From an uncultured Candidatus Saccharibacteria bacterium (GTDB taxonomy: Bacteria; Patescibacteriota; Saccharimonadia; CAILAD01; GCA-016700035), in assembly GCA_964646575.1 (NCBI GenBank), contig CAZYFT010000002.1:4459-68458 (forward strand): a DNA stretch of 64,000 nt, in the 5' to 3' direction. This document shows positions 36,178 through 45,419 of this stretch, piece after piece; within the stretch, counting starts at the first letter, position 1; every line of letters starts with the position of its first letter. A program made the position numbers and the translations under genes. The notes beneath the pieces are model-generated. The model saw nothing but the letters and a program-made list of their open reading frames with translations. It ran no database searches and was not told the origin of the DNA.

Positions 36178-37098
36178 ATGCCACAGGAGGCTGCCAAAAC
36201 TCCACAACAAATTGAATATGAGAAATCGATCACTCCTACTAAGGAGTCGAAAGATCAGCGCACCAGCACGCAAAACCACCTGATGTTTACCGAAATTAAG
36301 GATGGCATCGTTGTAATGCGTGATGGCTCTTTGCGTATGGTCGTACTTGCGAGTGCGCTCAACTTTGACCTTAAGAGCCCGCAAGAACAGGATGCGATCG
36401 AATATGCCTACCAAGGATTTTTAAATGGTCTGCATTTTCCGATTCAAATTATCGTACGCTCTCGCAAACTCGAACTTGATGGCTACCTGGAAAATCTTGA
36501 AGTCTTACAGGCAAATCAAGAAAATCCACTTTTAGCCGGACTAATGGAAGATTATATTTACAATATTCGTGGGCTTTTGGAGCAAGTAAACATCATGAAT
36601 AAAGAGTTTTATGTCGTTGTGCCATACTACTTGGATGTCGCGTCAAAAAAGAAAGATAATGCCGGATTTAAGCTCGCCAGCCTCTTTAAAACTAACACCG
36701 ACACTATGCAAACCACGGAGATGTTTGAGCAACGCAAACGTGATCTTATTCAGCGCACTAATCTTGTTGCGCAAGGGTTGGCACAGCTTGGTATCCGGGC
36801 AGCCGTACTCTCAACCCAAGAAATTACCGAGCTCTTCTATACTGCCTACAACCAGGAAGAAGCTATTAATCAAAACTTAGTGGACATCGAACAAATGACT
36901 ACGCCAGTTGTAGAACGCGGCGATGCAGATCCAGAGCCATATACTCAGTCTTCCTACACCGAGCCAGTGCCAGATGATTTATATTCTGCGGCCGCTCAAG
37001 CCCAACAACCCGCAGCCCCAACTGAGGGAACTACTCCAGTTCAACAGCCTGCAGCTCAGCAACCACCACAAAATCCATTGATTGGAGGAGGGGTATAA
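36178..37098 (+). CDS. T4SS-associated hypothetical protein (306 aa) translationally coupled to virB4
   Basis: TAATG stop-start overlap with virB4, different reading frame, Gln/Pro/Ala-rich tail. No catalytic motif. Confidence 0.5.
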   Translation: MPQEAAKTPQQIEYEKSITPTKESKDQRTSTQNHLMFTEIKDGIVVMRDGSLRMVVLASALNFDLKSPQEQDAIEYAYQGFLNGLHFPIQIIVRSRKLELDGYLENLEVLQANQENPLLAGLMEDYIYNIRGLLEQVNIMNKEFYVVVPYYLDVASKKKDNAGFKLASLFKTNTDTMQTTEMFEQRKRDLIQRTNLVAQGLAQLGIRAAVLSTQEITELFYTAYNQEEAINQNLVDIEQMTTPVVERGDADPEPYTQSSYTEPVPDDLYSAAAQAQQPAAPTEGTTPVQQPAAQQPPQNPLIGGGV

Positions 37099-39005
37099 TG
37101 GCGCGCAAACCAAAAGTCGATCCCGCTCAACAGGCCGCCATTGATATGGCTGCAGCTCAGCAACAAGAAGCTGAACGCGCCTATCGCGAGGGTATTCTTA
37201 CTCTGCGTGACATTATTGCACCAAGCTCGTTTACCATCGAGAATAATTACCTCATTATTGGCACTCGCTATGTGCGCACATTGTTTGTGTACGGCTATCC
37301 GCGCACCCTATTTACCGGTTGGCTCTCGCCAATTATCAACCTCGATGAGGTTATTGATATTTCGCTCAATATCATGCCGGTTGAAAGTCGTGTAGTACTT
37401 GAGAACCTCAAGAAAAAAGTAGGTCAACTCGAAGCCTCTGTGCAAATTAACGCCGAAAAAGGTAAGATTCGCGATCCAGGACTAGAAGCTGCCATTGGTG
37501 ACGCCGAAGAACTTCGCGACAAGCTCCAGGTAGGTGAAGAACGCTTCTTCCGTTTTGGGCTTTACATCACGCTCTACGGAAAGGATATTGAGGAACTCGA
37601 TCTTATTCAACGCAAAATTGAATCCATCCTCGGAACAAGCCTCGTCTACACAAAACCTGCTAGCGTACAGATGGAACAAGGTTTCAACTCGACACTCCCA
37701 ATTGGCACCGATCAGCTGGGTATTTACCGCAACATGAACACGGGATCACTCTCAACTAGTTTTCCGTTTACTACCGCCGAACTCTCTCGCAATGAAGGGG
37801 TTATGTATGGCTTAAACCGCCACAACAATGGACTCGTGCTGTTTGATCGTTTCAGTCTCGAAAATGCCAACATGGTAGTGTTTGCAAAGTCTGGTTCCGG
37901 TAAGAGCTTTACCGTAAAACTCGAGTGCTTGCGCTCGCTCATGCTGGGTGCAGAGATCATTATTATCGATCCAGAAAACGAATACCGCACGCTATGTGAC
38001 GCAGTGGGCGGGAGCTACATTCATTTGTCACTCGCCAGTAGTACTCGTATTAACCCATTTGATATCCCAACCACAGTTGATCCCGAAGAAGCCGACAACG
38101 CGCTGCGCGCAAACATCATCATGCTACACGGTTTGCTCCGTTTGATGTGCGGTAAGCTTGAGCCAGCAGAAGAAGCAGACCTGGATGTTGCCCTTATTAA
38201 TACCTACGCCCAAAAAGGCATTACCAACGATCCGCTAACACATCGCAGCCAGCCACCTGTGATGAGCGATCTGTATAACACCCTCATTACCATGGGTGGA
38301 ACCGGCCCAGCAATTGCCGCCCGTCTGCGTCGCTACACCGAAGGCACATTCTCTGGTATTTTCTCTCAGCAATCAAACGTCCAGCTCGATAATAAATTTG
38401 TCGTCTTCAATATTCGCGACCTCGAAGATGAGTTACGTCCAATTGGTATGTATATTACGCTGAACTATATCTGGAACCGTGTAAAAACCGATCGACGTAA
38501 GCGCATTCTAGCCGTAGACGAAGCCTGGCAGCTTATGAAGCACCCTGACTCGGCATCATTTATGTTCTCAATCGCTAAGCGCGCCCGTAAGTATTATCTA
38601 GGACTCACAACCATCTCGCAGGACGTGGAGGACTTCTTAAACGACCGCCTGGGACGTGCTGTAGTAAACAACAGCTCATTGCAGGTCCTTCTAAAGCAAG
38701 CACCATCCGCCGCCGATGTTGTTGCGGAAACATTCAAGCTAACAAGTGAAGAAAAAAACCGCCTAACTCAGTTCCCGGTAGGAGAGGGGCTATTCTTTGC
38801 TGGATCTAACCACGTGGTTATTCGCATTTTGGCGAGCCCCATGGAAGAGCAGCTCATCACCACTAACCCGCAACAACTTCTCGAACGACAAATGCGCGAC
38901 CAAGAAGAAGCCCAACTACAGGCCGCAGAACCAGCCCCGGAATTGCAACAAACAGCTCCAGAACCACCGGCAACATACCAGCAGCCAGGAGGGCAGGTTA
39001 GCTAA
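37098..39005 (+). CDS. virB4: VirB4/TrbE/CagE-family T4SS ATPase
   Basis: Walker A FAKSGSGKSFT, Walker B ILAVDEAWQL and the VirB4 N-terminal domain (LIIGTRYVRTLFVYGYP). 635 aa. Confidence 0.9.
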   Translation: MARKPKVDPAQQAAIDMAAAQQQEAERAYREGILTLRDIIAPSSFTIENNYLIIGTRYVRTLFVYGYPRTLFTGWLSPIINLDEVIDISLNIMPVESRVVLENLKKKVGQLEASVQINAEKGKIRDPGLEAAIGDAEELRDKLQVGEERFFRFGLYITLYGKDIEELDLIQRKIESILGTSLVYTKPASVQMEQGFNSTLPIGTDQLGIYRNMNTGSLSTSFPFTTAELSRNEGVMYGLNRHNNGLVLFDRFSLENANMVVFAKSGSGKSFTVKLECLRSLMLGAEIIIIDPENEYRTLCDAVGGSYIHLSLASSTRINPFDIPTTVDPEEADNALRANIIMLHGLLRLMCGKLEPAEEADLDVALINTYAQKGITNDPLTHRSQPPVMSDLYNTLITMGGTGPAIAARLRRYTEGTFSGIFSQQSNVQLDNKFVVFNIRDLEDELRPIGMYITLNYIWNRVKTDRRKRILAVDEAWQLMKHPDSASFMFSIAKRARKYYLGLTTISQDVEDFLNDRLGRAVVNNSSLQVLLKQAPSAADVVAETFKLTSEEKNRLTQFPVGEGLFFAGSNHVVIRILASPMEEQLITTNPQQLLERQMRDQEEAQLQAAEPAPELQQTAPEPPATYQQPGGQVS

Positions 39006-42000
39006 TGTTTCGCCTGGAGGGTGACTCACAGGACCCGCTCACTAGCTCTCGACACTACAAAGATATTAAGAGTGCCGGTAAGCAGTCCAACACTGGACCT
39101 GGATCGATGGCTGACAAGGCAGCGAACGGGCATATAGACAGCCTTTCATCGGCCGGCAAGAAGGGCGGTGAAGCTGCTGCAAAAGGCAGCCCTAGTGCTA
39201 GTGGTGCTGCGTCGAAAGGTGCTTCCAGTGCCGGTGCTAGCGCCACAAAAGAAGCCGGAAAAGCCGCGGCCGATGCGGCGGCTAAAAAATCCATTTCTAA
39301 GGCCGTAGGAAAATCGCTCGGTAAAGGCCTTAATGTAAAAGGTGATCTTGATGATGTAAAACGCACCGCACAAGAAGATGGTGCGGCTGCTGCGGCTGCT
39401 GCGGCAGGTCTAAAAGCTGCCGAAACAGTCGCCTCAAAAGTACCAATCGCATCGCAAGTCGCAACAGCCATTCGGGCTGGCCAAGCTGCCCTGGCTAAAG
39501 TTGGTATCAATATTAAGGATCAGTACATTATGTACATACTCTTATTGGTGCCAATTCTTGCCCTCGTGCCAGTGATAGTTTTTGCACTTATTGTGTTTTT
39601 CGCCTGGAAAAATCCACAAGCTGTCCTCAAGCTTTCATTTACCAATTTTAAAACTTTTGTTGGTGCAGCCCAGTCACTCGTCATCGAAAACGGAGGTGCC
39701 TCAAAGATGGCTTACGAAGTTGAGGCAGGGAGCAATCGTGCAGTCGCAGCTCCGGGTGATGCAGCAAAACCAGAGGAAGGCACGTACGAATACAAATTGG
39801 CTCAAATTGACTGGGAAAAGGCAAAATATCAAACCCTCCCACTTGATAGCCGCTGCGTGATCAAAACAAAAAAAGTTGTTTCTGTTCTCGACGGAAAAGA
39901 GAGGTCGATTATTGAGTCTGTAGAGCTTAAAACTAATCCTGGTAGGGACCTCCAGGGGGTAGCTCGGTCCAACTGTATTAACAATACCTATCCAATTTGG
40001 AATACTATGATGCGCTCACAATTTGTGCGTGATGGCGTCAATAAAAATCTCAATGTTCGCTACGCATATGCCGAACCGCAAGACTCAACTACACTCGACG
40101 AATCTTCCGATGAATTCTCAACCACCCTCCGCGACAAAACTCTCACCAGAATATGGAATCGTGGCCAAGCTATCAATAAACCCATTCAATCCACACCTGA
40201 AGAGGTTACGGCAAATGATGAAGAAGTAAAACGCTTCTTCACTAACACCCGAAAAGTTCAAAAGTACGCAGAAGAAACTAACATCGCAAAATATAGCAAT
40301 GAAGTAATTACTTGTGCTGATATGTATGTCCCGAAAGGGGATAGCTACTATCAAAAAGATATCGACAAAATGAATCATGACCTGGCATGCGGCATTAACC
40401 CCAAAGATATTCTGCTATATACGACTAGTCCACCCGAAAGCTCGACAAATGATCCTGATCCATCAATCGCCATCAAGCCAAAACGAGCAGCTCTCAATGT
40501 AGTTTGTGATCTCTACTATAATCTTCTTGCCCCAGATAGCGATTATGCTCCAGCAGTAGATAAGTACCGACAAAAAGTAAAAGACCGCATCAACTCTGCA
40601 GCTGTTGCTGGCTGGCAAGCCATGACATATGCCGATACACACCAAAAAAGATTTATCGACCTTAAAGAGTTGGGGGGAGACTTTTATAAAATTTCCGGTA
40701 TACAGCAAGGTCAAGAATACAATTATGCCCTAGACTACCGAAAGAATGGAGTTGCGCTCGAACCTGATGCTATCTCCCGCATTGTTGGCTACTACAACAA
40801 GCAAGCAGATGCCATTCCAGCCATCCAGCAAGAAAAACAATATCAAGATGCATTAAATCTTATCTTCACATACGTAACTTCAGGGGGCGACGCCTCTCCT
40901 TGTGATGCAGCTCGAGATACTGGCGAATTCGATAACACAACCAGCAACGACCCTCAGAGAGACGCAAAAATTAATACTTTTTATAGCGATGTGTATCCTG
41001 CATTCAAAAAGGCAATCGCCGGAATAGACTTCTACGCCAACCCATCACAAAGCAAATCCGTAAGCCAAATTTATACAGACCTCACATACGAAGATCTTCG
41101 CTTCCGATTAATTCGCATTGAATCTAACGTTGCAACCGCCGGAACAGAAGATGGTCCTCAAAACTTTAACCGTATGAACTTCGGCATGAAAGCCTACACA
41201 AACGCTTTTACCCTTTCGATGGGTGGAAATTTCCTTACACAAAATGAGGCTATTAGCCGCGATGAATCGACTCGGGTTGCAAGATACTATGATGACAAAA
41301 CAAAGGGGATTGCTTGGCGCTTCTTCAACCTTGATAACCCCGGCTCATTTGCAAGTAGGCTTGCCGTAGCATCTACCGATAAGCCCCAAAATATACCTGG
41401 AAATATAACATCGACCATCGCATACGTCATGAACCCAATTAGAAATGCTGCGGGAGAAAATGGTACCCTTACAGCATTTCTCACGGGTGAGAGCCGTGTT
41501 GCTTCCGCTAGTTCAGTCTACGATTCTTCAAACTTAAAGCTAGACCCGGCAGGTATGCCCGAAGCCTTCAATCAGATCAATCCAATTGAGAATGCGCGCT
41601 ACATTGAAGGTGTCAAGAAAAATAACCCAACTCTCGCCACCGAACTCGCTGGCTACGATCAGTGCTTTAAAGAGTTTATTCCAAGCCGGTTCCATCTGCT
41701 GAATCCACCTCCTGACAAAGTAGATCTCTACAAAAACGTATGTACGCCACTCCTAGACAGCACTGCCACGCGAGATCCAAATAGTCTCATTCTCCGCTAC
41801 CGAGCCTATCACTTTCATATGCTCCAAGCTGATGCACTCGTATATTTGTCAGATCCTAATAAGGAAGATCCCAACTTCAGTGCGCCAGAAGGCGGAAGTA
41901 CAACAAATCCTGTTGCTGCCACTCCAGGCGGTGGAACACCCACTAACCCAAGTGGCGATACCTCAGCATTGCAATGCCCACCAGGAACTACCGACGCGGG

Positions 42001-42421
42001 TATCGGTGAAAAATATGGTGTCGGCCGCGTGCTCATGCACCGACTCCGACTCTGTAATGTACAAGGTATCACCGTAAATGTTTCAATTGCCAATTCGTTG
42101 AATGCCATGCTCACCGAGATGAAGGGAGCTGGTATTAATCTTGGAGGTTGGGGTTATCGAACCTTCGATAAACAGGTGGAGCTCAGAACTACAAATGGCT
42201 GTCCGGATACCTATAATAGTCCAGCAAGCACATGCGGAACACCAACCGCACGACCTGGACAATCAAATCACGAAAATGGAGAGGCGATCGATTTCACTTC
42301 CGGAGGATCAACATTGCGTAGCGGAACTCCAGGCTTCAATTGGCTTAAAGCAAACGCCGCTCGCTACGGGTTTAAAAATCTGCCTTCAGAATCATGGCAC
42401 TGGTCGATTGACGGGAAATAA
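39005..42421 (+). CDS. giant surface protein with C-terminal peptidase M15 (VanY/D-Ala-D-Ala carboxypeptidase-like) domain
   Basis: 1138 aa: Ala/Lys/Ser-rich N-terminus, one TM helix, a large exodomain, and C-terminal SNHENGEAIDF (SxHxxGxAxD) and ESWHW zinc-ligand motifs. Its start overlaps the virB4 stop (TAATG). Confidence 0.65.
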   Translation: MFRLEGDSQDPLTSSRHYKDIKSAGKQSNTGPGSMADKAANGHIDSLSSAGKKGGEAAAKGSPSASGAASKGASSAGASATKEAGKAAADAAAKKSISKAVGKSLGKGLNVKGDLDDVKRTAQEDGAAAAAAAAGLKAAETVASKVPIASQVATAIRAGQAALAKVGINIKDQYIMYILLLVPILALVPVIVFALIVFFAWKNPQAVLKLSFTNFKTFVGAAQSLVIENGGASKMAYEVEAGSNRAVAAPGDAAKPEEGTYEYKLAQIDWEKAKYQTLPLDSRCVIKTKKVVSVLDGKERSIIESVELKTNPGRDLQGVARSNCINNTYPIWNTMMRSQFVRDGVNKNLNVRYAYAEPQDSTTLDESSDEFSTTLRDKTLTRIWNRGQAINKPIQSTPEEVTANDEEVKRFFTNTRKVQKYAEETNIAKYSNEVITCADMYVPKGDSYYQKDIDKMNHDLACGINPKDILLYTTSPPESSTNDPDPSIAIKPKRAALNVVCDLYYNLLAPDSDYAPAVDKYRQKVKDRINSAAVAGWQAMTYADTHQKRFIDLKELGGDFYKISGIQQGQEYNYALDYRKNGVALEPDAISRIVGYYNKQADAIPAIQQEKQYQDALNLIFTYVTSGGDASPCDAARDTGEFDNTTSNDPQRDAKINTFYSDVYPAFKKAIAGIDFYANPSQSKSVSQIYTDLTYEDLRFRLIRIESNVATAGTEDGPQNFNRMNFGMKAYTNAFTLSMGGNFLTQNEAISRDESTRVARYYDDKTKGIAWRFFNLDNPGSFASRLAVASTDKPQNIPGNITSTIAYVMNPIRNAAGENGTLTAFLTGESRVASASSVYDSSNLKLDPAGMPEAFNQINPIENARYIEGVKKNNPTLATELAGYDQCFKEFIPSRFHLLNPPPDKVDLYKNVCTPLLDSTATRDPNSLILRYRAYHFHMLQADALVYLSDPNKEDPNFSAPEGGSTTNPVAATPGGGTPTNPSGDTSALQCPPGTTDAGIGEKYGVGRVLMHRLRLCNVQGITVNVSIANSLNAMLTEMKGAGINLGGWGYRTFDKQVELRTTNGCPDTYNSPASTCGTPTARPGQSNHENGEAIDFTSGGSTLRSGTPGFNWLKANAARYGFKNLPSESWHWSIDGK

Positions 42422-42424
42422 TCT

Positions 42425-44335
42425 ATGAAAATAAGAAAACTACATCTCAATAAATTGAAGGCTAGATTCGTTAGTTTTACGTACATTGTCTCTACATTGC
42501 TTCTTATTGTGACGCCAGCTCAAGCTGCGAGCGAACAGCGACAAGATATCGAGCGCACTCCTTTTTACGATAAAAATGCTGAACTAATTTGTGGGCCATC
42601 TGGCTCATCGCAAGCAGCAGGGGGCGGAGGACTTACGGTTGGGGGATCAGTCTACTATCTTGGTGATTCCATAGGTGAAGGAGTTAAGACTCCTCTCGAA
42701 AAAAATCTCACAACAGCAGGCTATAAGATAGTGGTCAATGCGAGTAATTCTCGCTCTATCAGTGGTCCGGGAAGAGATGGGTTGTCTGGCTTGGAAGCGG
42801 CAGCGAAAGACGCCGCCGTGATTCAAGGCGCTCAAGTAGTAGTTATTGAGCTTGGCACAAATCCAGAGTCGAATGGTGATTTTGCAGGCAATCTTAATAA
42901 CCTGATCACACAAATTAAAACAGCCGGCCCACAGGCAAAAATCTATCTTGTAGATGTTGCCGTAACGACCGAACAAGCTACTCGACTCGGATCGGCTAAT
43001 GTAAATAAAGCAATTTATGCAAAAGCCGCAGAGCTCGGTACGCCAGTGATAAGTAGATTTAAAATTTATTATCCTGGGGGTAATCCGGAAACCTTCGAAA
43101 ATACTGCAAGCCCCTCATTACCATTTGATGCCGCTGGAATTCATAGCCCTAACTCACAAGGTTATGAAGCGCTTGCGGGAGTTATCCAGACCACCATCAC
43201 TACCTCGAGTGCACTCGCAACACCAAGTGCATCCGACCCCTGTCAGTGTCCAGTTTCAGGGGGTGCCGGAGGAAGCGCGGCCACCATTAACCTTGCCGGT
43301 AACGATAATGTTGAAAAAGCATTTAACTTCTTCGTAAGCAAGGGCTTTACGCCACAGCAATCTGCCGGAATCGTAGGTAACCTGATTGCAGAATCTGGTG
43401 TAAATCCAAAGCGGGTCCAGAGTACCCCAACCCCCGAAGGGGACCGAGATAATATTACGGTCAACAACAAAACTGGCTACGGCATCGCACAGTGGACTTC
43501 TTCTGGGCGACAGCAAGGCTTGGTTGATCTTGCACGATCCCGCGGCATGACTATCGAAGGCGATCTAGCGCTTCAGCTCGACTATTTAATGATTGAGCTT
43601 ACCGTCGGCTATAAAGATGTATATGACGCTATTAAACTTTCCGCAGACCTTAAGGCCGCTTCAGATGTATTTATGACCAAGTTTGAACGCCCTGCAGATC
43701 AGAGTGAAACTGCTCGGCAAAAACGTGCCGGTATGGGGCAGCAGGTACTAGATCTGTATGGCAACGGCGCAAGTGCCAGTGGCGCCCTCATTAGCGGAGC
43801 AACAAACTGTAATACCGGAGCAGGGGGACAGGCGGCCGGCTTCGTAGGCTTCCCACTCCAAACCACTAAAGCGCGAATGACCGAGCTAAATGGTGGTCAA
43901 TTTAAGAATGGAGTGATGGGGCAAGGTGGACATCCATATGCAGCGCACGACATCATGGCCGACCCCGGCACCCCAGTAGCCGCAATTCTATCTGGCAAGG
44001 TTGTGCAGGTGGGAACGGATAAGTGTCCGGGTAGACTCATTGCTGTCTGGAGTGAGCAGGCAGGCGTAACTGTTGCATACCTACACCTATCCATCGAACA
44101 AACCATCGTGAAGGAAGGTGATTCTATTGCTGAAGGTCAAATAATCGGCTTCGTTGGGCCACCGGCAGCTGGCTGCGGAACCCCGCACCTCCACATTGAT
44201 GCAAACACAACAGACCGCCGAATAGGCTGCAAGCGTGAAAGTTGTTCTGCAGAAAACAAAGCGCTGTTTCAGGCTGGAAGCGATAAGATTGGGCTACCAA
44301 AATCACTTTTCGATAGCTACCAAAGACTACCGTAA
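42425..44335 (+). CDS. secreted three-domain cell-wall hydrolase: SGNH esterase + lysozyme-like muramidase + M23 peptidase
   Basis: Signal peptide; GDSIGEG (SGNH block I); AGIVGNLIAESGVNP...GYGIAQWTSSGR (CwlT/phage-tail lysozyme-like); HPYAAHDI and TPHLHID (M23 HxxxD/HxH). Confidence 0.75.
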   Translation: MKIRKLHLNKLKARFVSFTYIVSTLLLIVTPAQAASEQRQDIERTPFYDKNAELICGPSGSSQAAGGGGLTVGGSVYYLGDSIGEGVKTPLEKNLTTAGYKIVVNASNSRSISGPGRDGLSGLEAAAKDAAVIQGAQVVVIELGTNPESNGDFAGNLNNLITQIKTAGPQAKIYLVDVAVTTEQATRLGSANVNKAIYAKAAELGTPVISRFKIYYPGGNPETFENTASPSLPFDAAGIHSPNSQGYEALAGVIQTTITTSSALATPSASDPCQCPVSGGAGGSAATINLAGNDNVEKAFNFFVSKGFTPQQSAGIVGNLIAESGVNPKRVQSTPTPEGDRDNITVNNKTGYGIAQWTSSGRQQGLVDLARSRGMTIEGDLALQLDYLMIELTVGYKDVYDAIKLSADLKAASDVFMTKFERPADQSETARQKRAGMGQQVLDLYGNGASASGALISGATNCNTGAGGQAAGFVGFPLQTTKARMTELNGGQFKNGVMGQGGHPYAAHDIMADPGTPVAAILSGKVVQVGTDKCPGRLIAVWSEQAGVTVAYLHLSIEQTIVKEGDSIAEGQIIGFVGPPAAGCGTPHLHIDANTTDRRIGCKRESCSAENKALFQAGSDKIGLPKSLFDSYQRLP

Positions 44336-44349
44336 AAAGAAAGGGAACT

Positions 44350-45138
44350 ATGAATAAACTCTCCACTCAAGCCAAGCTGATTATCGGACTCTCATTCGTA
44401 ACCCTAGTATTGCTCTGCGTGATGATATATGTGCAGTTCGTTCAGTTTCGTATTGTTAAATCTACCCCCGATACAAACAACTACCCAAGCACAATGGGCC
44501 TACTCGTAGTGGAGTTTAATGAAAAATTAGACGCCAAGGCTATTCAGGATGCATACAATAAAGATGCAGCAAGTGTTATAAAGTTTAGTTTTGATAGCCC
44601 AGCCTATATAGAAGTGTATGATAAGACTCTCAAGATAACGATTCAGGAAACTGCTAAAGAAGGTAAGTACAAACTTCTACTTAATAATATTAAATCTGAA
44701 GACGGCAGTATATTTAAACAGGAAATTCCTTTTGTCGTAAAGAATATTGCATACAATGACATGCCCGAAGAAACGCAAAAACTTTTTAATGAGTATGCTT
44801 CAGAGGGAGAGACTCTGCCTCAAGATCCAATTGTAGGAGTGCTCCCTTACCAAACGGATAAGTATAAAATTAGCTACGTTTTTCCAGAAGAAAATGTTGA
44901 GATACCCGCAACAATAACTATTACTATGAAATTCTTTGAGCCAGGTGATAATGCATTACCAGAAACGCCAGCCCAAAGACAGGCTTATTTAAATGACCTC
45001 AGAAAATATCGGACCGAAGCGTTAGCCTACCTCAAAGATAAGGGCATCGATATTAATAAATATGTCATAAAATATACGGAGTTTGATTTACAAAACGAAT
45101 TTCCGTCTGGATACGTCGCTCAACCAGAAACCGAATAA
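44350..45138 (+). CDS. membrane-anchored extracytoplasmic protein (AT-rich), last gene of the T4SS-like operon; VirB8-like topology
   Basis: 262 aa with a single N-terminal TM and a ~230-aa external domain. Assignment is by position and topology only. Confidence 0.4.
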   Translation: MNKLSTQAKLIIGLSFVTLVLLCVMIYVQFVQFRIVKSTPDTNNYPSTMGLLVVEFNEKLDAKAIQDAYNKDAASVIKFSFDSPAYIEVYDKTLKITIQETAKEGKYKLLLNNIKSEDGSIFKQEIPFVVKNIAYNDMPEETQKLFNEYASEGETLPQDPIVGVLPYQTDKYKISYVFPEENVEIPATITITMKFFEPGDNALPETPAQRQAYLNDLRKYRTEALAYLKDKGIDINKYVIKYTEFDLQNEFPSGYVAQPETE

Positions 45139-45146
45139 TTTACTTT

Positions 45147-45419
45147 TTAGCCAATACGTATAAATATTTTTTCTAGTTTTTGACCGGTCTTCTTTACGAT
45201 TTCGCGTTCTATCTGAATTTTACGCATACGAATTTCACTAGCCTCAACTGGATGACCAACAGTTATACGTAATAAACCCTCGTTAAAACTCACCGAATCA
45301 ACAGTTACTCCAGACCGTCTTTTTATAATCTCTTTAACCATCTTAAAAAACTGCAAGATATCAAACTGCGCATCCAAGTTCTTACGTGACAAGCTGTCGC
45401 CAATTCTTTCAAAACTCAT
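45147..45419 (-). CDS. small protein downstream of recF (DUF721/DciA-like position)
   Basis: 90 aa. 4-nt overlap with the recF stop. Conserved gene-order position only. Confidence 0.4.
   Translation of the reverse strand: MSFERIGDSLSRKNLDAQFDILQFFKMVKEIIKRRSGVTVDSVSFNEGLLRITVGHPVEASEIRMRKIQIEREIVKKTGQKLEKIFIRIG

Noticed and set aside
39055-39510. 151-aa minus-strand ORF antisense to the start of the M15 hydrolase gene
   Set aside because: Ala-rich low-complexity artefact of the GC-rich Ala/Lys-coding region on the plus strand.
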